DNA of 64,000 bases from IMG/VR virus record IMGVR_UViG_3300031578_000012, one strand, 5' to 3'. Numbering within the stretch: position 1 is the first letter of the stretch; each line of letters begins with the position of its first letter. Origin of the DNA: a virus. This document shows positions 38,196 through 47,882 of this stretch, piece by piece. The translations under genes were made by a program, and so were the position numbers. The notes beneath the pieces were generated by a model. It searched no databases. It was not told where the DNA came from and was given only the letters and a program-made list of their open reading frames with translations.

Positions 38196-40402
38196 TGATA
38201 CAATTTAATATGATAACGGCACAAGGGTTTGGGTCTATTGTTAAGCCCCTTACTTTTCATTTCAATCATTCTGGACTAAGCCTGATAAAAGGTATTAATG
38301 GATCTGGAAAAACTACAGTATTTGAGGCTCTGGTATGGTGTCTATATGGTATCAACCTAAAAGGAAAGACCGGTGATATGGTCATGTCCTGGCCGGAAAC
38401 TCGTACTTCAGCCTTTATAGGGACTGCTGTAAGCGTATGCTTTAAGGTTGATGACAATCTGTATACGATTATCCGGAATAAGAAATTTAAGGGAAAGCAC
38501 ATGGGTCTGAAGGGAGAAGATAGGTTAATGCTATTTGTTAATGAGGAATTGATACCTGATGAGCTCCATAAAGACGGCATGCAAGATTACATTAATCAGC
38601 TTTTGGGTGTGGACTCCAGGATTTTTATGAATTCCATTATGTTCGGTCAGCGGATGGCTAAGTTGGTGGAAAGTAAGAATGATGATAAGCGCAAGCTATT
38701 TGAGGAATTGTTCGATACTGAATGGATTGAATCCTTTAAGCAGAGGATGAATGAGCGTAAGGCCGAAGTAAACTTAAATATCAACACAGCGGAGAATAAT
38801 TGGGATTCTAATCAGTTTAGGATTACAGATCTTCAAGAACGTATAGCACAAAATCAGGAAGCTTTAACCAAATGGAAAGATGAACATACTGTCCGGATAG
38901 AAAACTATAAAAAGGATTATGTGACCGCTGAATCCGTATGGCACCAAGCTCAGGAGGATATTAAGGCGCTGGGTAAAGCTCCGGAATTTGATGAAGAAGC
39001 CTACCAGGATAAGGATAAGAAATATAGCCAGTTGGAGCTGGACATTGGTGAAATATTAAGGAAAGTAGGTCGTATAGAGGGACAGATGGATATGTTAGCG
39101 GATGAGGATCCTGCTGTGTTGAAGAAGGGAATATTAGGCATAAGGTCAGAAATCAGTGAATTAGATGAGCGTATGGCTAATTTTGGATGGAAAGAAGGAC
39201 AAGATATTAAGGGGGAAGTTGGAGCTATTGGTGAGATGTTGGATGATATTAATACGGCTTTGAAAGTAGCTCTATCCAGAGAAAAGGATCTAATTCACGG
39301 TTTAGACGCTAGTACAGCCTCAGATGAAGTATGTTATGCTTGCGGTCAACTTTTGGATGCAGAGGGAAAAGAAAAGATACGGCAATCGGTAGAAAAAGTA
39401 AAAGCTGAACAGAAAGCCCTTCATGAAGATATAGCTGCTAAAACGGCTACTCAAAGTCAGCTGGAAGAAGATCTTGAACTTTGGGAAAAGCTGTATAAGT
39501 GCCAGCAGGAAATCGAAGGCCATAATGAAAATATTGCTGTGAAAGAGGGGCTTATTAAGGATATCAGTGAACAGCAGGCCAAAGGAAAGGAACTGAATGA
39601 TCAGATCAAGGCCCTGAAAGAGAGCATGATTCCTATGGATGCTGAAGCGGAAAAGATGTTGGAAGAACTGAAAAATTTGGATATAGAGCGGGAAACCTGG
39701 AGAGAGTGGAACAAAAAGAAAGAAAACCTGTTCCAAGAGTGTATCCGCTTACAAAATAGCGCGGCAGACGCGCAAGGTAGATTAAGAGAAGTACAGGCCG
39801 AAAAGCCACCACAGTTTTACATAGAAACCGATCTAGCTAAGGTTGAGAAGGAGTGCACAGCTCAAAAGCAATTGAGTAAAATGATCAGCCAATTAAAAAG
39901 AGAGCATGGACTTCTGACTTGGTGGACGGTAAAAGCGCTAGGCGCTACTGGATTGAAAGCTTATGTATTTAAGGCTATGTTAGGCCAGCTGAATAACTTC
40001 ACCAGGAAGTACGGCCAGAGATTAGGGGTCTCTATTGAGTTTAGCATAGATATTACAAAAGCTTCCAAACCCTTTCAGACAGTGTGTTCGATAGGAGACA
40101 AGAAGGACAAGGATTACCGGGAGTTTTCCGGCGGTCAGAAACAGCGACTGGATATTGTATTAGTGTTTGCCATGCATGATCTGATATCTCAAACTGCTGC
40201 TATGAATATCCTGATAATGGACGAAGTTTTCGAAGGGCTGGATGAAGAGGGAGAAGCTGCGGTGTTTGATCTAATTCGTATGAAAGCGGATGAAGGTAGG
40301 CAGGTATATGTAATCAGCCATAGTCAAGTGCTGGACAGCCTGTACTCTAGCAGTATACAAGTAACACAAGATAAAGATGGGTCTACAATTATTGAAGTAT
40401 GA
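38195..40402 (+). CDS. sbcC: SbcC/Rad50-type ATPase
   Basis: Walker A GINGSGKTT, a long coiled coil with CYAC hook, signature FSGGQKQRLD and Walker B ILIMDEVFEGLD. Confidence 0.9.
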   Translation: MIQFNMITAQGFGSIVKPLTFHFNHSGLSLIKGINGSGKTTVFEALVWCLYGINLKGKTGDMVMSWPETRTSAFIGTAVSVCFKVDDNLYTIIRNKKFKGKHMGLKGEDRLMLFVNEELIPDELHKDGMQDYINQLLGVDSRIFMNSIMFGQRMAKLVESKNDDKRKLFEELFDTEWIESFKQRMNERKAEVNLNINTAENNWDSNQFRITDLQERIAQNQEALTKWKDEHTVRIENYKKDYVTAESVWHQAQEDIKALGKAPEFDEEAYQDKDKKYSQLELDIGEILRKVGRIEGQMDMLADEDPAVLKKGILGIRSEISELDERMANFGWKEGQDIKGEVGAIGEMLDDINTALKVALSREKDLIHGLDASTASDEVCYACGQLLDAEGKEKIRQSVEKVKAEQKALHEDIAAKTATQSQLEEDLELWEKLYKCQQEIEGHNENIAVKEGLIKDISEQQAKGKELNDQIKALKESMIPMDAEAEKMLEELKNLDIERETWREWNKKKENLFQECIRLQNSAADAQGRLREVQAEKPPQFYIETDLAKVEKECTAQKQLSKMISQLKREHGLLTWWTVKALGATGLKAYVFKAMLGQLNNFTRKYGQRLGVSIEFSIDITKASKPFQTVCSIGDKKDKDYREFSGGQKQRLDIVLVFAMHDLISQTAAMNILIMDEVFEGLDEEGEAAVFDLIRMKADEGRQVYVISHSQVLDSLYSSSIQVTQDKDGSTIIEV

Positions 40403-40914
40403 AGAAAATAGAAGGATTTGAGAATTATTCAATAACTTGGGATGGAAGAGTATGGAGCCATAAACGTAAAAAATTTGTTAAATCTTGGACTAACGGATTC
40501 GGGTACCATCATATAGCCTTGTGGAAAGATAAAAGTAAACGTTATCAATTTAGTATTGCTAGGTTAGTGGCTCAGGCTTTTATTCCAAACCCGGATAATA
40601 AGCCGCAAGTTAATCATATAGACGGGGTTAAGGATAACAACCATAAAAATAATTTAGAATGGGTAACAGCGAAGGAAAATATTGATCATGCAATAAATAT
40701 GGGATTAATAGTATGTCCAGATCAAACAATAAATAACAAAAGAAAAATACCCATTAATGTTTACGATTATATAACAGGAAAATTGAGATCTACGCATACC
40801 TCCATAAGTGAGACAGCTAGATATTATAGTATATCTAGAGGAAATATTTGGGGAGTTTTAGCTGGGAAGCGGAGACAAACAAATGGATTAACATTTGAAA
40901 ACATTTCTCAATAA
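40399..40914 (+). CDS. HNH homing endonuclease (NUMOD4 + HNH)
   Basis: EGFENYSITWDGRVWS (NUMOD4-like) and VNHIDGVKDNNHKNNLEWVTAKENIDH (HNH). It overlaps the sbcC stop. Confidence 0.85.
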   Translation: MKKIEGFENYSITWDGRVWSHKRKKFVKSWTNGFGYHHIALWKDKSKRYQFSIARLVAQAFIPNPDNKPQVNHIDGVKDNNHKNNLEWVTAKENIDHAINMGLIVCPDQTINNKRKIPINVYDYITGKLRSTHTSISETARYYSISRGNIWGVLAGKRRQTNGLTFENISQ

Positions 40915-40930
40915 TTTAATATTTTAATTT

Positions 40931-41554
40931 ATGTCAGAATTTAGTGAAACTCTTAAAAGCGAGATTGAAGAGGCCAGGAAAGCCTCAGTAGATTATTTGT
41001 CTGCTAAATCTTCGGGAGTTGGCACAGCAACGAAAAATCTAGGAGCGGATCCTGATACAAGATATATCCGTAGGTTGAAAAGAAGAAAGACCGAATACCT
41101 GGACGCTCTTGTGAATCAATTCTTCAGATTTCGTATGATCCAGCCGGACACGGAGGGGGAAGAAGTAACGGCCAGGTTTAACTATCTGGATGATTTATGG
41201 AAAAAGGCTTGTGAACGCTTTAACTTAAAGGGGAAGCAAGGCCGTACTCCTAAGAAGGGAGAGAAACTTCCTGAAATGATAACCCCAGGTCATGGCCGGC
41301 CTTTCGTGTTGGTATATGAGGCCTTTCAGCAACGGGTTGAGTATTTCATGGATATGGAAAAGAAACAAATTAAGGCCGCTAAGAAAAAAGCCGAAGAGAA
41401 AATTGCTGAACACTGGCTGAAGGTGAACTATCACCGTCTGTTTCGGAAATGGCCGTTTCGGACTATCTGGTTCTGGCTCCTGGCTTTAGGCCGGAAAAAA
41501 CAGTATAACCAGAAGTGGAACAGGTTTTATAAGAACCATATATACGAAGAATAA
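40931..41554 (+). CDS. Hypothetical basic protein (207 aa)
   Basis: ORF with an ATG start and no motif. Confidence 0.65.
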   Translation: MSEFSETLKSEIEEARKASVDYLSAKSSGVGTATKNLGADPDTRYIRRLKRRKTEYLDALVNQFFRFRMIQPDTEGEEVTARFNYLDDLWKKACERFNLKGKQGRTPKKGEKLPEMITPGHGRPFVLVYEAFQQRVEYFMDMEKKQIKAAKKKAEEKIAEHWLKVNYHRLFRKWPFRTIWFWLLALGRKKQYNQKWNRFYKNHIYEE

Positions 41555-41574
41555 TCATTTAAAATTTAATTCAA

Positions 41575-41778
41575 ATGAAAGCAAAAAAAGTAAAAAATGT
41601 ATATAGCGTAGGAAATATGATATTTCAAGCTATACCAGAAACTTATATTTATAAAGGATGTTATTTTAAGTGTGAAACCATAGCGGAGAAACCATGCTTA
41701 GATACAAAATTGGGATTAGCCTTAAGAAAAAAGGCAGATTGCGGAGGTAATCATACTATTTATATACGTTTAAAGTGA
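41575..41778 (+). CDS. Hypothetical protein (67 aa)
   Basis: Short ORF coupled to the next gene. Confidence 0.45.
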   Translation: MKAKKVKNVYSVGNMIFQAIPETYIYKGCYFKCETIAEKPCLDTKLGLALRKKADCGGNHTIYIRLK

Positions 41779-42332
41779 AAAGTATAGAAGAGGATCTTTT
41801 CGGTGGGCGCAAGAAGCAACCAATCAATCAGAAGCAGAAAGGAAATCGCAATGAATTGGTTGTGGCTAAGTTATTATCAGAATGGACCGGATCAGAATTT
41901 ACCCGGGTGCCTATGTCCGGTGGTTTACGATGGAAGAATGCTGTCAATATATGTGGGGATGTTGTGTCTACCGATCCCTCTTTTGATTTTCCGTTTTCAG
42001 TAGAGACCAAGCACATTAAATACCTGGGTATAGATTGGAAGGATCTTAATCAGGGATATCAGTTGAGAAAGAATTCAGTGTTATACAGGTACTTTGAACA
42101 GGCTTCCAGGGATGCAGAGAGAGCCGGTAAGAAGCCTTTGCTAATAATCCGTCAAAATGATATGCCTGAGAAGGAATATTTCCTTATTTTTAGACTTGAG
42201 GGATTATTTTCTGCTGTGATGCTAAACTCTGGTGGAGCAACACAAATATTATTCGGAGATAATATAGCTGGTTTTTTATTCTCAGAAATAAAAAATATTG
42301 AATTTAAACAATTTATACAATGGATGACTTAA
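41775..42332 (+). CDS. PD-(D/E)XK nuclease, Holliday-junction-resolvase-like
   Basis: GNRNELVVAKLLSEW...RVPMSGG...CGDVV...FSVETKH fits an Hjc-like D...E-x-K core. It has a GTG start. Confidence 0.55.
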   Translation: MKSIEEDLFGGRKKQPINQKQKGNRNELVVAKLLSEWTGSEFTRVPMSGGLRWKNAVNICGDVVSTDPSFDFPFSVETKHIKYLGIDWKDLNQGYQLRKNSVLYRYFEQASRDAERAGKKPLLIIRQNDMPEKEYFLIFRLEGLFSAVMLNSGGATQILFGDNIAGFLFSEIKNIEFKQFIQWMT

Positions 42333-43006
42333 TAAATTTTGTAGCAAATGCACAAATACCGGTACGTAATCGTAGCCGTAAGTGTCCCTATGTCGAGATC
42401 ATAGATCCTGGACATGGTGGTATTATCGATGGAAAATACGTAACGGCTCCTGATAAGATGTGGAAGCATCCTGGATTTACCTTCTATGAGGGGGTATTCA
42501 ACCGAGCTGTAGCCTGGAGGCATGCTCAGGATATGTTTGCTAACAATAGGAGCTACGAGATTGTAGTGTATAATAATCATGATATATCGAGACTTGAAAG
42601 AGTAGCCCGAGCTAAGGACATTCACAAGGAGGCCCTGAAAGCCGGATTCAAAACTTATTATCATTCTATACATGGTAATGCCTTTGGAGTACAGTCTGTG
42701 AAGGGGGTGGAGGTATATACATCACCCGGGACCACTAAATCGGATCCGGTGGCTACAGTTTATTATTACCAGTTAGCTAAGCTTGGATGGAATATGCGGC
42801 CATGTTTTCAAGATGGGGATCCGGATAAAGAGGCTAGATTTACAGTTTTAACTGAGACTCCAATGCCGGCCATTCTTTCCGAAACTGGGTTTTTCAGTAA
42901 TCCGGAAGAGGCTAAGCTGATGAGCGAATTATTTACGGTTAACCAGATTGCCTTGCTTATGACCCAAGCGGATCAGCGGGTGCAACAATTAAATCTATTA
43001 GGATGA
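42320..43006 (+). CDS. N-acetylmuramoyl-L-alanine amidase (endolysin)
   Basis: Amidase_3-type motifs IIDPGHGG, HSIHGNAF and ILSETGFFSNPEE. Confidence 0.85.
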   Translation: MDDLINFVANAQIPVRNRSRKCPYVEIIDPGHGGIIDGKYVTAPDKMWKHPGFTFYEGVFNRAVAWRHAQDMFANNRSYEIVVYNNHDISRLERVARAKDIHKEALKAGFKTYYHSIHGNAFGVQSVKGVEVYTSPGTTKSDPVATVYYYQLAKLGWNMRPCFQDGDPDKEARFTVLTETPMPAILSETGFFSNPEEAKLMSELFTVNQIALLMTQADQRVQQLNLLG

Positions 43007-43698
43007 AAAACAATATTATATTAATACTGCTAGTGATAGCCCTTACCACGGCTTTGGTATTTACTCTTGGAGACAGGCGGAGTATTAACAAGGACTATAA
43101 GAACCTGGAAGGCCTGCTAAACGATACCATTGAACATTATGAAGTCAGAACTCTGGCCGATGGTCAGGTAATTAATGAGCAAGCTCAGGTAATTACCACT
43201 AAAGATAATGCTTTAACAGCTGGTCTGGTAAAGCAGGAAGAACTTAAGGCTAGAAATTTGCGCAAAGATGTAACTATAGTTCGGCTGCAAAACGAGATTG
43301 CTGCCGTTAATTTGGAAGCAAATTATATTGATACTGTGACGGTGTATGATACTGTCATTAATAATACCGGGTATATAAGTGTTCCCAGATCTTTTAATTA
43401 CATTGATGAATGGTCCAGGATATTTGGTACGGTAAAAATTGACGGGGTAACAATTGATACACTCCGAGTCTTTAGTGAGCCAACTATATATATAGGTTAT
43501 CAACGGCAGAGCTTTTTCAAACCGCTAAATGCCGTAGTAATTACGGAGAATAAGAACCCTTATCTCCGTACAACCGGAATGCAGAATGTAGTCATACAAC
43601 AAAAGCCACCTATCTATAAACGACCATGGTGGCATAGAGGAGAAGGCTCGGCCGCAACAATAGGCGTACTGATATTACTGCGGAATTTGTTTAATTAA
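43003..43698 (+). CDS. Membrane-anchored protein, i-spanin-like lysis accessory candidate
   Basis: N-terminal TM IILILLVIALTTALVF and a C-terminal hydrophobic tail. ATGA overlap with the endolysin. Confidence 0.5.
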   Translation: MKNNIILILLVIALTTALVFTLGDRRSINKDYKNLEGLLNDTIEHYEVRTLADGQVINEQAQVITTKDNALTAGLVKQEELKARNLRKDVTIVRLQNEIAAVNLEANYIDTVTVYDTVINNTGYISVPRSFNYIDEWSRIFGTVKIDGVTIDTLRVFSEPTIYIGYQRQSFFKPLNAVVITENKNPYLRTTGMQNVVIQQKPPIYKRPWWHRGEGSAATIGVLILLRNLFN

Positions 43699-43708
43699 TA
43701 ATTAATTT

Positions 43709-43975
43709 ATGAAAAAATGGACTGTTCTGATTGCCTTGCTTATGGTTTTTGTCGTTTGCGGGTCACCCGATCCCTACGATAAAATACAAGCCACCGAAGC
43801 AAAGTGGCAACAGCTATTCCCTCAGCGGATAAATTACGACTTTCAGACCCGAGAGGACCTGATAAGGTTGTACCAGCTATCGCCGAATAAGTATCTTTGG
43901 TTCCCGGATTCATTTCCTGCGGTGTACAAACAAAAGAATTTATACCATCATAAATATAATCAAATAAAAAAATGA
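43709..43975 (+). CDS. Lipoprotein, o-spanin-like candidate
   Basis: Signal peptide with lipobox MVFVVC-GS. Confidence 0.55.
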   Translation: MKKWTVLIALLMVFVVCGSPDPYDKIQATEAKWQQLFPQRINYDFQTREDLIRLYQLSPNKYLWFPDSFPAVYKQKNLYHHKYNQIKK

Positions 43976-44202
43976 ATTGGTTAATACTTTCATATATATT
44001 AATGGTCATATCTATTTTTGGGTTGTTTTTAAACGCACGAAAAAATATTTTATGCTGGCCTATATGGTTAATTTCATCTGTTCTTTGGGTTGTTTATTTT
44101 ATACATCTTCAAGAGCATGCAAGTATAATTATGTGGATTGTCTATACAGGATTTAACATATATGGATGGTTTGCCTGGAAAAAAGCAAAACAAAACTTAT
44201 AA
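43972..44202 (+). CDS. Small 3-TM membrane protein, holin candidate
   Basis: 76 aa with three hydrophobic helices. ATGA overlap with the lipoprotein gene. Confidence 0.5.
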   Translation: MNWLILSYILMVISIFGLFLNARKNILCWPIWLISSVLWVVYFIHLQEHASIIMWIVYTGFNIYGWFAWKKAKQNL

Positions 44203-44212
44203 CTGAGATAAG

Positions 44213-44584
44213 ATGAACACAATAACTTTTCAGGAGTTAAATGATCGGATTACGTGGACATTATCACAAAAGATTGATCATTCGCTTTATGTTATTGATT
44301 CATTTTTTGCACAATATCCCAATTGTAGGGTTGCCTTTTCTGGTGGTGTGGACAGTACTGTAATGTTAGATTTAGTCAAAATGCTAAAAAAAGATGTTAT
44401 CCCGGTATTTGGAAACACAACAAATGAACACTCTGAAATATTAAGATTTGTAAAAAGTGTTGACAATATAAATATTGTACACCCCGAAACAACTTTTATA
44501 AAGGTAATTGAAGAATACGGTTTTCCGATGATAAGCAAGCGGGTTAAATATGCTATTAAATGGGTCGTGCAAATTCATAAATAA
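44213..44584 (+). CDS. PP-loop (PAPS reductase-like) N-terminal fragment
   Basis: SGGVDS PP-loop in VAFSGGVDSTVMLDLV. It is only 123 aa, whereas the family is usually about twice that length. Confidence 0.6.
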   Translation: MNTITFQELNDRITWTLSQKIDHSLYVIDSFFAQYPNCRVAFSGGVDSTVMLDLVKMLKKDVIPVFGNTTNEHSEILRFVKSVDNINIVHPETTFIKVIEEYGFPMISKRVKYAIKWVVQIHK

Positions 44585-44592
44585 TAAAAGCC

Positions 44593-45072
44593 ATGAGACA
44601 CTTAAATTTCTATTGTGACGGATCCTGCTACAATCACCCTACATTTAATACCATGGGTATTGGGGTCTTTTGTCCCGAGCTGGATATTAGGATTAGTGAG
44701 TATGAGGGGTATGGTACCAATAATATAGCTGAGTATAAAGCTGTGATCATGGCTCTCCTGTATATAGCAAGGCTTATTATTGATTCAGATTTTAAAGTAC
44801 GAACTAATCAACAATATAAGAATATTTATATTTATAGTGATAGTCAGATTGTAGTAAGGCAGTTAAATGGTAATTATCAAGTACATAATGAAAATTTACT
44901 TCAACAATTTTTACATGCTACAGGATTAATTACAGCATTACGTAAAACAATAAAAATTAATATTGAATGGACTCACAGATCCACACCAGAACAACAAATA
45001 GCAGATGAATTATCTAGAAAAGGAAACCCCCATTACGCGGAAGTTGAAGGGGGACCAACCGATAGCTTTTGA
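44593..45072 (+). CDS. rnhA: Ribonuclease HI
   Basis: DEDD residues in context: CDGS, NNIAEYKAVIMAL, YSDSQ and IADELSRKG. Confidence 0.85.
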   Translation: MRHLNFYCDGSCYNHPTFNTMGIGVFCPELDIRISEYEGYGTNNIAEYKAVIMALLYIARLIIDSDFKVRTNQQYKNIYIYSDSQIVVRQLNGNYQVHNENLLQQFLHATGLITALRKTIKINIEWTHRSTPEQQIADELSRKGNPHYAEVEGGPTDSF

Positions 45073-46387
45073 AAAGCTGAAAATATTTTTAAAGATGGCC
45101 GGTGGAGGCATGCATTTGCTTGAAGGGTATGCCGGTACCGGTAAAACTTTTCTCCTGGCAGAGATCATAGATTACCTGGAGCAGAATACTCAGCACCGGG
45201 CTTTAATTACTGCCCCTACACATAAAGCTGTGAAGGTATTACGTCACTTCGTTCCGGGAGTAGATGCAATGACTACTCATGCTGCTTTGGCTTTAACTGA
45301 ATATATAGACGGTCACGGTAACCAGACATTCAAGCGCCAGGGTAATAAACCTGTACCTGCCATAGAATATCAGTTTGTGGTAGTTGATGAGGCTTCTATG
45401 TTGGCGGATGATTTGTTTATGGAACTGGTACCTTTTGTAGAGATGGGAATTAAGGTTCTGTTTGTTGGGGACCCTATGCAAATCCCACCAGTAAACCAGA
45501 AGGACAGCATGCCTATGAACAAGGATGTCCGGAAAGACTATAACATATCGGTAGTCAGTTTAAAGGAGATTATACGACAGGAAGAGGGCAATCCGATCAT
45601 AGAGACTTCATTTAAGATTAGAAAAGCCATTTTAAGGCCCTCTCCCATCGTTATACGGGAAAATGGACTAACTCTTCAAGGAGAGGTGAGATTCGTCAGG
45701 AGAGCTGACGAAAGCCTGCTTATCGAAGAGATTTTGCCTTTGTATGCATCTGAGGAGTTTAGTAAGGATCCAGATACAATAAAAGTGATAGCCTGGACCA
45801 ACAAAACTGTGAACCGGTTTAATGATATCATAAGAGCGCATTTATTTGGTGAGAATCTACCTAAAGTCATTGAGGGGGACAAATTAATAGCTGATGCCCC
45901 AGTCATGGAGGATAAACGGATCCTGATTCATACTAACGAAGAAATGGATGTGGTAGAAGTAAACATAAATGAAATGTCTTTAGGAAGTACCTGGATTATG
46001 AAATATTATCATTGTCGGGTTAGGTTGCAACGAACTTCAGGTATCTACAATGAAGTCATGATCAGAATTGTTCATGAAGAATCAGAAGATCTATATGATA
46101 CTATTATAGGTAAACTGAGGGTCCTGGCTAAATCACACAAGCAAGGAGGCTATGAAGCTCGATCAGCCTGGATGGATTATTTCGGATTTATAGAGGAATG
46201 GCACAGGGTTAAATATAACTACGCTATTACAGCGCATAAATCGCAGGGCAGTACATATAAACAAGTGGTAGTATTAGAGTATGATATGGAGCACAACCGA
46301 AAGACCTTTGAGAAGAACCGTATATTGTACACAGCATGTACGCGACCTTCCCATTGCCTGATTGTTGTTTACAACCCGCTTACTTAG
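45005..46387 (+). CDS. SF1 helicase (Dda/RecD-like)
   Basis: Walker A GYAGTGKTF, Walker B VVVDEASM, AITAHKSQGSTY and YTACTR. The start is uncertain (45005 or 45095). Confidence 0.85.
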   Translation: MNYLEKETPITRKLKGDQPIAFEKLKIFLKMAGGGMHLLEGYAGTGKTFLLAEIIDYLEQNTQHRALITAPTHKAVKVLRHFVPGVDAMTTHAALALTEYIDGHGNQTFKRQGNKPVPAIEYQFVVVDEASMLADDLFMELVPFVEMGIKVLFVGDPMQIPPVNQKDSMPMNKDVRKDYNISVVSLKEIIRQEEGNPIIETSFKIRKAILRPSPIVIRENGLTLQGEVRFVRRADESLLIEEILPLYASEEFSKDPDTIKVIAWTNKTVNRFNDIIRAHLFGENLPKVIEGDKLIADAPVMEDKRILIHTNEEMDVVEVNINEMSLGSTWIMKYYHCRVRLQRTSGIYNEVMIRIVHEESEDLYDTIIGKLRVLAKSHKQGGYEARSAWMDYFGFIEEWHRVKYNYAITAHKSQGSTYKQVVVLEYDMEHNRKTFEKNRILYTACTRPSHCLIVVYNPLT

Positions 46388-46401
46388 TAGGCGGGTTTTT
46401 T
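46375..46401 (+). terminator. Intrinsic terminator at the convergence of the rightward and leftward blocks
   Basis: cccgctta-cttag-taggcggg forms an 8-bp stem with one G-U pair, followed by TTTTTT. Confidence 0.7.
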
Positions 46402-46829
46402 ATATAACTATTATTTTCGGTTTTGAGTTTGAGGATTTCCTTTTTAAGGCCTTTGATAACAAGATCCACAATAGCCAGGGCCGTAACTACTGTCACAGAT
46501 ATACCCACACTCTCCAGCATTCCCACATCGTTATCCGGTGTATAGTATTTCATATACCCTATTTGTTTGGGTTTAGGAGCAGGATTTGGATTGGATAGGT
46601 AATCAGAAATTTGTTCCGGTGATTGTTGTTGAATTGTACGAGAATCATACAAAGGTTGTAGGACAGGGCGTATTCCGTTGTTAGGCATATCCTCCAGGAT
46701 AACTTCAACGTAAGCAAGCTCTGCATTCATTACATGCTGAGCATACTTAGATAATACATCAATTCTGTATTCCATGTGCTTAATGAGCACGGAATTTTTG
46801 GCTATTTTTTCAACTATATCTTCTTTCAT
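46380..46829 (-). CDS. Hypothetical protein with C-terminal TM helix (149 aa)
   Basis: Last ORF of the leftward block. Hydrophobic stretch VGISVTVVTALAIVDLVI. Confidence 0.6.
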   Translation of the reverse strand: MKEDIVEKIAKNSVLIKHMEYRIDVLSKYAQHVMNAELAYVEVILEDMPNNGIRPVLQPLYDSRTIQQQSPEQISDYLSNPNPAPKPKQIGYMKYYTPDNDVGMLESVGISVTVVTALAIVDLVIKGLKKEILKLKTENNSYIKNPPTK

Positions 46830-46937
46830 TCTGTAAAGATATGTAAATTAAATGGAAAATCCAATTTAGTTCTACAAAATATGACAAATAATCCCTATGA
46901 TCTTAGATTAAAATTAGGGTATAGGATTTTAAACAAT

Positions 46938-46987
46938 AGAAAACCCGGAGCAATTCATGCATAATACATGTTTTGTCCGGGTTTTCT
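46938..46987 (-). terminator. Long-stem hairpin after gene 46986..47585 (possible terminator)
   Basis: agaaaacccgga / tccgggttttct form a 12-bp stem with a 26-nt loop. The U-tract is weak. Confidence 0.35.
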
Positions 46988-47585
46988 AACTAGAAGAGTA
47001 GATCAAAAAGTCATTTTTAGTATCCAATACTTTACCCATTTTATCCGCAAGGTCTTCAAACATGTTTTGAAGATCCCGGGGAAATGTGAACAAGGTTACC
47101 TTATCCATATGATCCACAATCTTCAGCTCCTTGAAACGTACAGGTATTTTACCGTCCTTCCGGTTTGATAGTAGCCGGTTACGAATTCTTTTTACATTCC
47201 TAGCCTGGACATTATTCAGGATTAACTCCCCGTCCAGGTAGAACCGGTAACCTTCTTTAGGAAAATATACTGGCCGGCATAACAGGACTTCATACATTCT
47301 GGCAGGATCATTCTTGGTAATGGTTCCCGCTATTCTGAAGAGATGGTCATTCATTACGATATGATTTGCTGGGATCTTATCTGATGGGTATGGCCGGACA
47401 TACGAAATATCGTATATTGTTTCCCTATTCTTATCAATCAGATAAATGGTGTTATCAATCCGATCCATGAGAACAGTAGTTCCATCAGGTTTGATAATAG
47501 CTTTCTCTTCCAGGATAGCATGCTGACTTAAATACTGAGTAACAGTATCTAGCATGGTAACTTCAGATAATTCCATCTTGTTCAT
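46986..47585 (-). CDS. Hypothetical protein (199 aa)
   Basis: ORF with ATGA overlap to the upstream gene. Confidence 0.65.
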   Translation of the reverse strand: MNKMELSEVTMLDTVTQYLSQHAILEEKAIIKPDGTTVLMDRIDNTIYLIDKNRETIYDISYVRPYPSDKIPANHIVMNDHLFRIAGTITKNDPARMYEVLLCRPVYFPKEGYRFYLDGELILNNVQARNVKRIRNRLLSNRKDGKIPVRFKELKIVDHMDKVTLFTFPRDLQNMFEDLADKMGKVLDTKNDFLIYSSS

Positions 47586-47869
47586 GATTGCCTCCTTTTT
47601 AAACTCAGCTCAGAAAGACGCTGGCGTTGTTCTACGAAATGATCTGGGTTATTAGCCATCAAGACCTTGTATATCAGACCTGAATAGTCCAACCAGTTTA
47701 TGACTTCCAAGGAAAATTCTTTCGTGGCTTCTTCCCTGATTTCATTCCATTCCTCTACTTCACCTACATTAACCATGCGTTCAGCTAAAGCTTGTTGTTC
47801 CAGGGTAAAGCAAGGATGGAAAAAAGGCTTTCCCCATACATCGTTTCCACTATTTACATAATACATCAT
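47582..47869 (-). CDS. Hypothetical protein (95 aa)
   Basis: The start is trimmed to the ATG at 47869, which is preceded by AGGAGGT (47874-47880). The longer track ORF overlaps the upstream gene. Confidence 0.6.
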   Translation of the reverse strand: MMYYVNSGNDVWGKPFFHPCFTLEQQALAERMVNVGEVEEWNEIREEATKEFSLEVINWLDYSGLIYKVLMANNPDHFVEQRQRLSELSLKRRQS

Positions 47870-47882
47870 ATTTACCTCCTTT

